64,000 nucleotides of DNA from an uncultured Gemmatimonadaceae bacterium (GCA_963716745.1 OY970320.1:2816001-2880000), one strand, 5' to 3'; shown: positions 10,802 to 22,138, counted from the first letter of the stretch. The notes: a model not told the origin generated them from the letters alone. Translations and numbers: made by a program.

Positions 10802-12488
10802 ATGCGTCATCGACTTCAACTCACGCTCACTCTCGCCGTCATCTCTGTGCGGCGCCCCAGTCATTGCGGCGAGTGCGCAAACCGGATTCGTCAGCCTGCA
10901 CCTCGTTGGCGGGAGCTTCCCCGATGCGAGTCTCTCACGGACCTGGATCCAAGGGCCGAGCGGGCTCGAGGAGATCTTCACGCAGGAGTTCACGCCCGGC
11001 TCCCATACGCTCGCACTCGTGGAAGGCGTCTACGGTCCCTGCCGCGCGACCGCTACAAACGTCACGTTCACTATCGTCGCGAACAAGTGGACCAGCGTAG
11101 ACGTGCCGATCACTTGGCGCGACTGCGCATTCTCGGTGGATGTCTATATGCTCGGCGGCCGCGCGAGTGGCACGGGCGAGGCGATCGTGACCACTGCCTC
11201 GTCGAGCGGCGGCGTCCCGACGAACGCGACCTGCCACAACGTACTCACGAACGCCAACACGCTGACATGGGTCGACTTCCATGCCTGCCACGGTACCATC
11301 GCGTACGGCGCGACGGCGGTGTTGAACGGGATCCCCGATGCGGGCTCCTCCTACTTCTCAGATCCGGATTCGGAGGTGGTGGACTTCTCGCAGATCCAGT
11401 ATCTGCCAAAGGGGGCGAGCTTCGTCGACACGGCCCGCACGCTCCCCGACTATCACTTCAACGCCGATCTCAGCGTCGCCCTCGTCCGTTCCTCGTACGG
11501 CGGACAGGTCATGAGCTCCACCTGGCGCGTCGTGAATCATGGGCCGAACAACGCGTACGCGATCAGCCTCGCCACCCTCGGCGACAGTCTCGAAGATGCG
11601 CCGGATGTCCAGATCGCATGGTCCGCATCGGACGGCAACTGCTACACGTATCCGACGGGCGGCATCAACTGCAGCCTCGCCTACCTCCCGGCCGGCGACA
11701 GCACCACGTTCACACTTCGCTACAGCGGCGCGCCTGATCCCGATCCGAACGCGCCGCCGCCGACGTTGACGCAATTCTGCGTCGGCGTGCGGGTCTCCAG
11801 CGGCAATCCGCCTTACAGCGACGATCCGCCGCCCGACAACAACCAGTCGAACAACACCGCGCCGTGCATTGTGCATGGCCTGCCCGTTACGGTGGCACTC
11901 GGCGGCAGCACGCCACCCAACCAGGTGGTGCAGAAGGGTGCGATCAGCGTGCCGATGCTCGAGTTCGCGCTCACGCCCACATCGCTCGCGACGCTGGACG
12001 ACATCACGATCAAGGCGCAGGGGAGCGGCAATGAGCAGGTCGATGTCACGGCGGTCCGGGTCTATCTCGACCGGAACGGGAACGGCCTCGTTGACGGTAC
12101 CGACTCCGTCCTCGCGAGCGGCGCGTTCGCGGCGAACGACGGCTCGGTGACGCTCACCTTGAACCCCGCCTTCGCGATCACCGCGCCCGTGGACATCCTC
12201 GTCACGTACGACTTCAGCACCACGCTGGCCCAGCGCTTGGGCGGCGGCGCGGCGCTCGCGGTGCTGCCGTTGTTCCTGGTGCCGGCCATGCGTCGCCGGC
12301 GCCGCCTCGCGATGCTCGCGCTGCTCATGGTGTGCGGCGTCACGCTCGCGAGCTGCGGGAGTTCGTCCACCGGTCCGAGTGGCACGAGCACGAGCACCTA
12401 CCAGGCGACACTCACCGGCGTCACCGCGTCGGGATTCACCAAGACCGGCCTCTCGTTACAGGGTGCGACGATCACGATCGACAAGTGA
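10802..12488 (+). CDS. Surface protein with DUF11/Ig-like domains and a C-terminal TM hairpin plus internal lipobox; frameshift near 10845
   Basis: GGAG RBS and ATG 10802. Shifted frame reads APVIAASA-QTG and joins ORF 11019. DUF11-like ADLSV...VVNHGPNNA...CSLAYLPAG...NN. C-terminus is TM-RRRRR-TM-LASC-GSSS. Confidence 0.7.
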
Positions 12489-12609
12489 TCGCCGGTCGCG
12501 CGCGGTGATACCGCGTCGCGCGTGGGGCGCGTATGTTGGGGCAGCGGATCGTGCGGCGCTCAGGCGGGTTCTCGGGCGCCGCCGTTCCACCGTCCTCTAC
12601 CACTCGCCC

Positions 12610-13185
12610 ATGCCGCCTCAGCCGCCGGCCGCGGCCACGGATCTGGTGCTGGAGCTCTCGCGCGGCGACCAGCGCACGATCGACCGGCTGTTGCCGCTGG
12701 TCTACGCCGAATTGCACGAACTCGCGCAGCGCTACATGCGGCGCGAGCGGCCCGATCATACGCTCACCACCACGGCGCTGGTGCACGAGGCATACCTTCG
12801 CCTCGTGGACCAGACGCGCGTGGAGCTGGCGGACCGCGCGCATTTCGTGGGCGTCGCGGCGATCGCGATGCGCCGCATCCTCGTGGAGCACGCGCGGCGG
12901 CGCAATGTAGAGCGGCACGGCGGCGAACGGCAGCGCGTGAGCTTGAGCGGCATCGCGCTCGCGCAGGACGAGAGCGCCGACGCGGTGCTCGAACTCAACG
13001 ACGCGCTGGAGCGTCTCGCGGCGCTCGACCCGCGGTTGGTGCGCGTCGTGGAGTGCCGCTACTTCCTCGGTCTTACGGAGGAGGAGACCGCCGCCGCGCT
13101 CGGCATCACGGCGCGTACGGTGCGCCGCGACTGGATCAAAGCCAAAGGATGGCTCGCTGCCGCGCTGGACGACGGGCGCGCGTGA
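12610..13185 (+). CDS. ECF sigma factor, TIGR02999-type (Ser/Thr-kinase associated)
   Basis: LLPLVYAELHELAQRYMRRERPDHTLTTTALVHEAYLRL and VVECRYFLGLTEEETAAALGITARTVRRDW. Confidence 0.92.
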   Translation: MPPQPPAAATDLVLELSRGDQRTIDRLLPLVYAELHELAQRYMRRERPDHTLTTTALVHEAYLRLVDQTRVELADRAHFVGVAAIAMRRILVEHARRRNVERHGGERQRVSLSGIALAQDESADAVLELNDALERLAALDPRLVRVVECRYFLGLTEEETAAALGITARTVRRDWIKAKGWLAAALDDGRA

Positions 13186-15914
13186 CAAAGGCCGATCTCA
13201 ACGCCTGGGAGCGGATCGAGCCGATCCTGGAGCAGGCGCTCGATCTCCCGAAGGCCGAGCGCGGCGCGTTCCTGGCACGTGCGTGCGGCGCGGACCACGA
13301 ATTGCGCACGCGCGTCGAGCGGATGCTCGTGGCAGGCGAGGACCCGAACGGCCCGCTCGAGCGGTCGATCGCCGATGTCGCGGGCCCGTTGATGATCGAG
13401 CTCGAAGAGGAAGATCGGTCCGCGCGTGCGGCTTGGCGATACGGTGGGCGTGTGGCGTCTCGTGCGGGTGCTCGGCGAGGGCGGGCATGGGCGAGGTCTT
13501 CTTCGCCGAGCGCGCGGACGGGCAGTTCTCTCAGACGGCGGCGCTCAAGCTGATTCGCCGCGGCCGCGAGCACGACCCGCTGCTCATTCGCCGCTTCCTC
13601 GAGGAGCGGCGCATCCTCGCGACGCTCGCGCATCCGGGCGTCGCGCGCCTGCTCGATGGCGGCGTCACCGACGCGGGATTGCCATGGTTCGCCATGGAGT
13701 ACGTCGCGGGACGGCCGCTCGATCGCTACTGCGACGACCTCAAGCTCGGCGTGCCCGCCCGTCTCGCGCTCATGGAGCAAGTGCTCGGCGCGGTCGTGTA
13801 CGCGCACCAGAATCTGCTCGTGCACCGCGACCTCAAGCCCGCGAACATCTTCGTCACCGATGCCGGCGTCGTGAAGTTGCTGGACTTCGGCATCGCGAAG
13901 TTGCTCGGCGACCAAGGCGCCTCGGATCCGGAAACGACGCTCGCGTACGGGCGCGTGATGACGCCGGAGTACGCCTCGCCGGAACAGGTGCGCGGCGAGC
14001 GCGTGACCGCGGCCACGGACATCTACTCGCTCGGCGCGGTGCTGTACCAACTGCTCACCGGGCAGCGCGCGCACCGCTTCGAGAAGCGTACCGCGGCGGA
14101 GATCGAGCGCGTCGTGTGCTCCACCGATCCGGAGGCGCCGAGCCGCACGACGCGGCGATGCGCCGTCGCGTCGTCTGCTCTCGGGCGATCTGGACACGAT
14201 CGTGCTCAAGGCCCTGCAGAAGGATCCCGCGCGCCGATACGCATCCGCCGAGGCGATGCTCGAGGACCTGCGGCGGTACCGGGAAGGCAGGCCGGTGCTC
14301 GCGCGTCCGGACTCCTTCGGCTATCGCGCGGGGAAATTCGTCGGCCGTCACCGCGTGGGCGTCGCGGCCGCGGCGGTGGTCGCGCTCGCGGTGATCGGCG
14401 GTGTGGCGAGCACCATCTATCAGGCGCGCGCCGCACGGATCGAGGCGGCGCGCGCCGATCGGGTGAAGGAGTTCCTGGTGGATCTGCTGCATCAGGCGGA
14501 TCCCAATATCGCCCTGGGGCGGGAATTCTCCGTGCGCCAGCTGCTGGACCGCGGCACGCAGCAGGTGGATAGCCTGATGGCGAGCGAGCCCGCGGTGGCC
14601 GCCGAGTTGTACGAGGTGCTGGGAAACACGTACGCGCACCTCGATCTCGTTGCGCAGGCCGACAGTCTCCATCGGAAGGGGTTGGCGGCGTCGCGGCTGG
14701 TGTACGGCGCGGGGTCGCAGGAAGTGCTCGATCAAGTGATGGCCGTGGCGTGGGGCTTGAACGACCGCGGCGAATATCGCGAAGCGGATTCGCTGCTCAC
14801 CGGCGCGCTGGCGGCGTATCGCGCAGCGGGCGGCGAGGAGAGCCAGGCGCTGTCGGATGCGCTCGACATCCTCGCGACGGCGAAGAAGCGGCTGGACCAG
14901 CCGGCCGCGGCGGAATCGCTCTATCGGCAGTCGCTCGCGATGCAGGTGCGGCTCACAGGGGCGAACGACACGATCACCGCGTCGCGGTTGAGCGATCTCG
15001 GTTCGCTGCTTTCGGCGCAGGACCGGCTCGTCGCAGCCGAGTCGGCGGTCACAGCGGCGCAGCTGCACCGGCGCGGCGTGCTCGCGCCGCTGGATGTGAA
15101 GTTCCTCGTGGGCGAGTCGAACCTCGCGATGATCGAGATGAAGCGCGGCGATCTCGTGGCGGCGGCGCCACGCTTGCAGACGGCCGTGTCGGGCCTGGAG
15201 CAGGTGGATGTCGGCGGCGGTCTGAATCTCGCGCGTGCGCTCGACCGCATGGCGCTGTTCGAGTCGATGCGGTTCCACGATAGCGCGGCCGTCGCGACAT
15301 CGCAGCGCGCGAGCGAAATGTTCCGGAGCGTGATGGGCGCGGGGCATCCGGAGGCGCTGAACAGTCTCTCGTTGCTCGCGTCGTACCAGGCGGCGCTCGG
15401 CGAGGGCGCGTCCGGCGATCGCGAATGCGACGGCAGCGTATGCAGGCCTGCAGCGAAGCGCGTCGGAGAGCGGCACGACCTCTCGTTGAACGCGGGGCAG
15501 CGGCTCGCGTTCATTCGGCTTCAGGCGGGCAACGGGCGCGAGGCCGGGATCGTCGCGAAGCCGGTGATGGCGTACGTGCAGGAGCGGTACGGGCGCATCC
15601 CGCCCTCGTTCGCGCGGCTCCTGGCCGCCGGGGCCGGCGCGCGGGCGGCCGAGGGCGATGCGAGCGGCGCAGACTCACTTTATCGTGCGGCGCTCGCGGC
15701 ACTGGCGGGCGGTACGCGCGTGGACAGCGCGGCGTATCCGGCGATCGTCGCGGAGTATGGCGCGTTCCTCGTCGCGCACGGGGAAACGCGGGTGGCCGAG
15801 GCGGAACTGAGGCCGGCGCTCGCATTCATTCCGGCGAGCGCGGATTCCGGAACGTTCGTCCGCGCGCTCCTGCGAACGCAATTGACCAGGAGTCTCGCGG
15901 CGCCGCAGCGCTAG
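13182..15914 (+). CDS. Hanks-type Ser/Thr protein kinase with TM segment and TPR-like C-terminal region; several frameshifts
   Basis: GTG overlaps the ECF stop. Motifs LGEGGMGEV, ALKL, HRDLKPANI, DFGIAK and TPEYASPEQ lie in ORFs 13283/13426; TM and helical repeats lie in ORF 14202. Confidence 0.88.
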
Positions 15915-15930
15915 ACGTTAGAATTCCGGG

Positions 15931-17161
15931 GTGCGCACTGTGACCCGTGCCCTCATCGTCATCGCCGCCGTCGGCGCGCTCGCGTGCGGCGGCAGGAGGA
16001 ACACGCGCCCGTCGCAGTCGTACATCTTCGCATTCGCGGGCGCCGATGATGTGAAGGGGACGGGAAGTGATCTGCTCGCGGTGATCGACGCGGATCCCAA
16101 GAGCGCGTCGTACGCGATGGTCGTGGGGGCCGTGCCGCTGAACGCGGCGGGCACGATGCCGCACCACACCGAGATGCGAATGCCGTCGCACGACCGGTGG
16201 CTCTTCGCGAACGCCTATATGGCGGGGCGCACGTATCTCTTCGACCTCACGGACCCTCTCGCGCCGCGGATCGCGGCCACGATCGACAGCATCCCGGGAT
16301 TCTCGCACCCGCACAGCTTCACGCGGCTCGATGATGGCCGCGTGGTGGCCACGCTGCAGTTCGGCAACGGCCGCGCGCCGGGCGATCCCGGCGGACTCGC
16401 GATCTTCTCGCCGCAGGGGAAACTGCTGCAGACCGTGAGTTCGGCGGACGCGGCGTTCAAGGGCGCGCCGATCCGAACGTACTCGATGGACATCGCGCCG
16501 GCCGCGGACCGGATCGTCACGACCAGTTCGCCGATGGAGCGACATTCCGAGCGCGGATGTGATCCAGCTGTGGCGGCTGTCGGATCTCTCGCTGCTCAAG
16601 ACTGTCGCGATGCCGACGATCGCCGGCGACTCCACGTCGCGGCTCCCGTTCGAGGTGCGTTTCCTGCCGGGCGACACGTCGGCGTTCCTCAACACGTGGA
16701 ATTGCGGATTCTTCTATCTCTCGGGGCTCAAGGGTTCGTCGCCCACCGTGGAGCACGTGCTGTCGTTGCCGCAGCCGCGTTATAGTGCATGCGGCGTGCC
16801 GCTGCTGTTCTCACATTTTTGGATCATGCCCGTGGGAACGGCGAGAGTGTATCTCGTCTATGACATCGCGGACCCGCACCATCCGAGGCAAGTGAGCGTC
16901 TTCGCGCCGGCCCCGACGTACGATCCGCATTGGACGGCGCGCGAACCGCACACCGACCGGATCGTGCTCACGTCGAACAGCGGGGATCATCGCCTGCTCA
17001 TCGCGCGGTTCGATTCCGTTGCGGGTGTGCTCTCGCTCGACACGACGTTCCGGGACCCCGTCACGAAGCGGTTGGGCGTGGACTTCAACCGGCGCTCGTG
17101 GCCGGGCGGAGAGTACGGTCCGGCGCTCCCGCACGCCGCCATCTTCAGCGCACCGCAATGA
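15931..17161 (+). CDS. Selenium-binding-protein-56/methanethiol-oxidase-like beta-propeller lipoprotein, frameshift near 16540
   Basis: Lipobox LAC, DLLAVIDADPKSASY, and His-containing motifs PHH, HPHSF, PHW and PHA. Confidence 0.65.
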
Positions 17162-17547
17162 CGACATTCCTCTCCGTCGCGCCGCAGTTCAGCGTGCCCG
17201 ATGTGCTCGGCACCGCGCACTGGTACCGCGACATGCTCGGCTTCGAGATCACGAACCAGCTCGATCTTGAGAATGGGAGCGGCACCGTGTTCGCGATCGT
17301 TCGCCGTGGAGCGATCGAGATCTTCCTGAGCCGGGCCGACAAGCCGGGCGCGCCGACGAATCGCGCACGAGTTGCGTACGACGCGTATCTGCGCGTGACC
17401 GGCGTGGACGCGCTCGCCGCCGAGTTGCGCGCGCGCGGGGTGGAGATCGTGGAGGAGACCACCGATCGCGTCTATGAACAAAGGGAGCTCGTGATCAAGG
17501 ACTGCAACGGGCTGATCCTGGCATTCGGAGAGGCGCTCGGCCGGTGA
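17158..17547 (+). CDS. VOC/bleomycin-resistance family protein
   Basis: VPDVLGTAHWYRDMLGF and YEQRELVIKDCNGLILAFG. Confidence 0.8.
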   Translation: MTTFLSVAPQFSVPDVLGTAHWYRDMLGFEITNQLDLENGSGTVFAIVRRGAIEIFLSRADKPGAPTNRARVAYDAYLRVTGVDALAAELRARGVEIVEETTDRVYEQRELVIKDCNGLILAFGEALGR

Positions 17548-18038
17548 GCAGCGACTACGTGACGGATCTCACCGACACCGTGGCACGGGTGACGCCGCGG
17601 CTTCTTGCGGTGCCCGACGATGTGAACGCGAAGCGCCCCGCACCGGGCAAGTGGTCGGCCAAGGAGATCGTCGGCCATCTCATCGATTCCGCGTCGAATA
17701 ATCATCAGCGGTTCGTTCGCGCGCGGTGGCAGGATGATCTGATCTTCCTGCCGTACGATCAGGACGCGTGGGTCGCGGCGCAGGACTATCAGAACGCGCC
17801 GTGGCCCGTTCTCGTGGCGCTCTGGTCGTCGTACAACCGGCACATTGCGCGCGTGATGGCCGGTGTGCCAGAGGAGGTGCGCATGAAACAGCATCGCAGG
17901 CACAATCTGCACGAGCTCGCGTGGCGCGAGGTACCGGCCGACCAGCCGGCGACGCTCGATTATTTCATGGCGGACTACGTGGCGCATCTGCATCACCATC
18001 TCCGACAGATCGGCGAGCGGGTCGGAGTCGCACTGTGA
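17544..18038 (+). CDS. DinB family protein
   Basis: GKWSAKEIVGHLIDSASNNHQRFVRA and DYVAHLHHHL. Confidence 0.85.
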   Translation: MSSDYVTDLTDTVARVTPRLLAVPDDVNAKRPAPGKWSAKEIVGHLIDSASNNHQRFVRARWQDDLIFLPYDQDAWVAAQDYQNAPWPVLVALWSSYNRHIARVMAGVPEEVRMKQHRRHNLHELAWREVPADQPATLDYFMADYVAHLHHHLRQIGERVGVAL

Positions 18039-18195
18039 TCGCCTTCATCATCGCCATGGTGGCGTTCCTCCGAACTGAACGCTCGGGCGACGTCGCGCGG
18101 CTCTCCAGGATCCCGGCATTTGAGGCGCTACGGAAGTGGATCTCCCGGGGCGTTCATCGCGTCAAATGGCCGTGGGCAGCCGAGTGACTACGCGG

Positions 18196-18366
18196 ATGGC
18201 GTGGCGCGAGGAGAGCGCGCCCTCGTCACCGCGCCGCGCGCCGGCGGTGTGGTTTTTCGACGACAAGCTGTACATGGCCGGCGGCAAGTATTCCGTGCTG
18301 GAGAACGGTTCGCCACATTTCGTGTACCGCAACGACGTGTGGGCACTCGTGAGAGCAGACCAATGA
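18196..18366 (+). pseudogene. Kelch-repeat C-terminal remnant
   Basis: PRRAPAVWFFDDKLYMAGGKY...YRNDVW is a single Kelch blade with no upstream blades in any frame. Confidence 0.5.
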
Positions 18367-18725
18367 ACGTCGGCATGATACTGAAGCGCTTCGAGCGGCC
18401 CGACGAGTGCCGCGAGATGACGCTCGGACGCTTCGAGGTCGTGAAGCTCGGCGGCATGACGATCGGGCGCGCGACGTATCAGCCCGGGTGGAAGTGGTCG
18501 GTGCACGTCGGGCCGACCGTCGGCGCGCCGCTTTGTACCGTGGAGCACGTGGGCCTCGTGATCGCGGGCGCGGCGACGGCCGCCTTCGAGGATGGGACCG
18601 TGATCGAGATGGGCGCGGGGGATCTCTTCCACATTCCCGCGCGGCCGCACGATAGTTGGGTCATTGGCAACGAACCGTACGTTTCGCTTCATTTTCTGGG
18701 GGCCGAACACTACGCGAGGAGATGA
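18363..18725 (+). CDS. Cupin domain protein
   Basis: YQPGWKWSVHVGP...CTVEHVG...GDLFHIPARPHDSWVIG. Confidence 0.85.
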   Translation: MNVGMILKRFERPDECREMTLGRFEVVKLGGMTIGRATYQPGWKWSVHVGPTVGAPLCTVEHVGLVIAGAATAAFEDGTVIEMGAGDLFHIPARPHDSWVIGNEPYVSLHFLGAEHYARR

Positions 18726-18729
18726 TCCC

Positions 18730-18882
18730 ATGATCCGCAAACTCAAATCCGGGAAGTATCGCTTGTACTCCCGCAAGAAGAACCCGCGCACGGGGAAGCG
18801 TCGCAACCTGGGCACCTTCGGCACGCGGGCCGCGGCGCAGAAGCACGAGCGCGCGGTCCAATTCTTCAAGCGGCAAGGGTAG
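18730..18882 (+). CDS. Small very basic protein (50 aa)
   Basis: GAGGAG RBS; MIRKLKSGKYRLYSRKKNPRTGKRRNLGTFGTRAAAQKHERAVQFFKRQG. Confidence 0.75.
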   Translation: MIRKLKSGKYRLYSRKKNPRTGKRRNLGTFGTRAAAQKHERAVQFFKRQG

Positions 18883-18890
18883 CAGCCAGA

Positions 18891-19322
18891 ATGAGAGTCG
18901 CGATCGCACGGTTGTCGCTGAGTCTCGTGCTCGCGACAGCTCACCAGGCGGGCGCACCCATCAAGGCGACGATATCCAACACCTGCGCGCCATGGGATGG
19001 CAGTGCCTTCATGATCGCTGTCCCCGCCCACGGTCTCGCTGGCGCGAGCGACAGCGCGGTGATCCGAATCTCGATCTGGCAGGCGCCGAATCTGAAGGAC
19101 TCGGTGAGCTTTCGTTTTCCGGACCGCGATGGCAAGACGGGTAACGCATACTATGCTGTCGGAAAGAACATGCCCGTGGAGCTCGGTGGGCGAGTCACAT
19201 TCCAACGCGTGATGGCGAGCGCGCCGGTGCGCGGCGACTTCGATCTCGTCTCGCCCGCCGGCGTTCGCTATCGCGCGGCATTCGAGGCGAGCTGGACCCA
19301 GGTTCACGCGCTCTGCGGCTAG
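18891..19322 (+). CDS. Secreted hypothetical protein
   Basis: Signal-like N-terminus, CAPWDG motif and C-terminal CG. Confidence 0.55.
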   Translation: MRVAIARLSLSLVLATAHQAGAPIKATISNTCAPWDGSAFMIAVPAHGLAGASDSAVIRISIWQAPNLKDSVSFRFPDRDGKTGNAYYAVGKNMPVELGGRVTFQRVMASAPVRGDFDLVSPAGVRYRAAFEASWTQVHALCG

Positions 19323-19333
19323 AGGGAGACCTC

Positions 19334-20187
19334 ATGCGCATTCCGAAAATGTGGGCGTCCACCTCCGCGACGGTCTCGACGCGCGATGGCAAGGAGTTGC
19401 CGCTGAAGTGCTTTCGGTTGGTCCGATGCGAGCCTCGACGAAGCGCGCTCGCGCGCAAAGGACGCCCTCGCGCGACTCTCGGCGCGCGTCACCAGCGGCG
19501 CGGATTTCCCGGAACCGTATACCTACGCCAACCGCCCCATCCGCGAGCAGATCCTCGAGGAATTGCGCGATCCGTCGGGCGAGCTGGAAGCGCTGGTCAC
19601 GCGGAACGGCTACGGTGCCGAGGTGCTGAATACGGCGCGGTTGATGTTCGTGGATGTCGATGACCCGCCGGGGCAGGGCGGACTCGATGGCGCTGCTCAA
19701 GCGAATGTTCGGCGGCGCGCCGCCGCCGGCGGAGCCGACGATGCCCGAAACGATCTCGTCGTTCGCGACCGCGCATCCCGATTGGGCGTTGCGCGTCTAT
19801 CGTACGCGCGCCGGCTGGCGCGTGCTCGTCACGCACGACCTATTCGATCCCGCGTCGCGCGAGACCGCGGCGACGCTCGCCGCGTTCGGCTCCGATCCCA
19901 AGTACGTGGAGCTCACGCGCGTGCAGGAATGCTTTCGTGCGCGGCTCACGCCCAAGCCGTGGCGCTGCGGTCTGCCGCGGCCGGATCGCCTCTTCCCGCG
20001 TGAGGATGCCGCGGCCGACCGCGCCCATGACGACTGGCTCAAGCGCTACGACGCCGCCAGCACCCGTTATGCGACATGCCGTTTCGTAGGATCACTCGGC
20101 CGCGGCCGCGCCTGCGAGACTGCGCTGCGGCTGATCGCGCGGCATGACCGGGCCACCCACACCGACGATCGGTTGCCGCTCGCGTAG
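19334..20187 (+). CDS. Conserved hypothetical protein with AEP/PrimPol-like motifs, two frameshifts
   Basis: Reconstructed from ORFs 19334/19563/19654: TRNGYGAEVLNTARLMFVDVD, RVYRTRAGWRVLV and SDPKY...FRARLTPKPWR. Confidence 0.6.
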
Positions 20188-20188
20188 C

Positions 20189-20716
20189 TCAGTGCTCGGC
20201 CCGCGTATCGACGGCGACCCAGTTGAGCTCCCAGGTCTTGCCGCCGTCGGGAGAGAACGACTGCTCGAACCGCACCGAGTCCGCCGACACCGGGATGATC
20301 ACGAAGCGCACGAAGATCGCGCGACCGTCGAACGTTTCCTGGTCGAAGAACTCGCCGCGGCCATTCGTGAATTCGCCAATGGTCGGCTGGCTCATCGTAC
20401 CGCCTTTGGCGCTCGCGAAGTTCAGGCTCCATTGGTGCGACTGCGGATCGTAGAGCCGCAGGTTGAGCCCCTCGAAGTGACCGGCGGGGCCGTCGACGAC
20501 CAACTCGACCAGGTTCGCGCGGCCCTCCCACACCTTGCTCACGACGCTCGTGCCGTCGTACTCGACCCACGTGGTGGAGCCCGAGAGCGGATGCATGAGC
20601 CGGCGGAGGTGCGTGTGCCAGCGGCCGAATTCGAAATCAAAATCGTGCGAACCATCGCGCGGTGCGGCGAGCAGCGTGGCGCAGCAGATGAGGGCGATCA
20701 GCGGTCGTTCAATCAT
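20189..20716 (-). CDS. Secreted DUF1579-like beta-barrel protein
   Basis: Signal peptide, DGSHDFDFEFGRW and FEQSFSPDGGKTWELNW. Confidence 0.7.
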   Translation of the reverse strand: MIERPLIALICCATLLAAPRDGSHDFDFEFGRWHTHLRRLMHPLSGSTTWVEYDGTSVVSKVWEGRANLVELVVDGPAGHFEGLNLRLYDPQSHQWSLNFASAKGGTMSQPTIGEFTNGRGEFFDQETFDGRAIFVRFVIIPVSADSVRFEQSFSPDGGKTWELNWVAVDTRAEH

Positions 20717-21515
20717 GGAGCAGCGAGCGCGCTGTCGGTGAGAGGCGCAGGGTCTGCGGTTCACGGATCTTCGAGCTCAGTTCCACCGCCACGGAATCGC
20801 GCCACGCGGGAATGGCGGCGAGCGTGGACGTGAAACGCGCATACGCGGATTCATTCGCGAATCGTGTGAACCACACGAACACATGCGCGCCTTCGCGCAC
20901 CGGCAGCCGCGGAAAATTATTGGCGCTCCGCTCGGGCACGAACGTCGCGAGCACCGGTGCGCCGGCCTGCGCGAGCAGCGGCGTCACGCGTACGATCGAA
21001 GAACGCGATGAACTCGGCTTCCTTCGCGTCGGTGGGATCGATGTGATAGATCGTTGCCACGATGATCCCGTGCCCGGCGCCGGTGGTGCCGCGCGGGGGA
21101 CGATCGCGTGTATCGAGCGTGAACCCCGTTCCGGCGTGCGCGGGGCGGAGCAGGAGCACGTTGTCGTTGTCGATGATCGTCAGGTTCGCCGAGTCGCGTT
21201 TGGACTTCCAGACCGCACCATCGTAGAACGCAGTGAGCGCCGCGGCGCGCGAGGGCATGTCCGGAAAGCCGCGGAGCCACACGAACTTGTTCGGGTCGTC
21301 CAGATTCCGGAATTCGCCGATGATCGTGGCGCCGGCCGCTTCCTGTGGCTCGATGAACGCTCCGTCGAACAGCGCGATGAGCACATCGCGCTTGCCGGGA
21401 TGCAGCGTGTATTGTCGCAGCTCGACGATCGGCGAGAATGCCGGTAGCTGATGTCTGCTGCGCGGCCGACCGCGATCCGCCCAGCGATCCCGCAAGTGGC
21501 AAGCGAGGCCAACAT
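20709..21515 (-). CDS. NIPSNAP family protein (two domains), frameshifted; start approximate
   Basis: IVELRQYTLHPGKRDVLIALFD...FVWLRGFPDM in ORF 20917 and NNFPRLPVREG...RLSPTARS in ORF 20709. Confidence 0.75.
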
Positions 21516-21543
21516 CGCCGCACTTCGCCGCGCGCCGGGAGCC

Positions 21544-22138
21544 TCACATGCCTCCCGTGGCGGCGCGCTTCGACTCGATGATCCAGTTGGTCTCCCACGT
21601 CTTCCCTTCGTCGGTGGAGAAGGCCTGCTCCCAGTGACAGCTGTTCTTGGTGATCTGCGACCAGAATGAAGCGCACCAGGATCGTCTTGCCCTCGAACTG
21701 CTGGTGCCCTTCATGGTGCCGACGCCGTTCACGAACGAGCCGACCACCGGCGGGTCCATCTCGCCCTTGGTGTTCACCCAATAGAGGCTCCAGAGGTGCG
21801 TCTCCTTGTCGTAGACGCGCACGGTCATGCCGTGCCAGTCGGGGCCGAAGAAGGTCGTGACGAACTCATCGTAGTTGGCCATGCCGCCCATGAGTGACAC
21901 CGCGTAATGCGTGGACTCGAACTCCTGCCATTCGTGTGAGTTGGCCAAGCGCTTGACCAGGCGCTTGTTGTGATTGTTCCAGTCGCCGATCCAGAAATCG
22001 AAATCGTGGGATCCGTCGCGCGGCTCGGCGGCCGCATTCCGGGCTGCGTGCGAGTGCACGGTGTGGCTGGCGCGCGAACGCGCTGAGCGCGACGGCGCCG
22101 GCCACGGCTGCCAGGGAAGTCCAGAGTCGCATGCGCAT
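21544..22138 (-). CDS. Secreted DUF1579-like protein, paralogue of 20189-20716, frameshifted
   Basis: DGSHDFDFWIGDW and HWEQAFSTDEGKTWETNW; signal peptide in ORF 21866..22138. Confidence 0.7.

Noticed and set aside
18035..18187. Small ORF VIAFIIAMVAFLRTERSG... overlapping the DinB stop
   Set aside because: Could be a remnant or a short membrane peptide, but there is no motif or other support.
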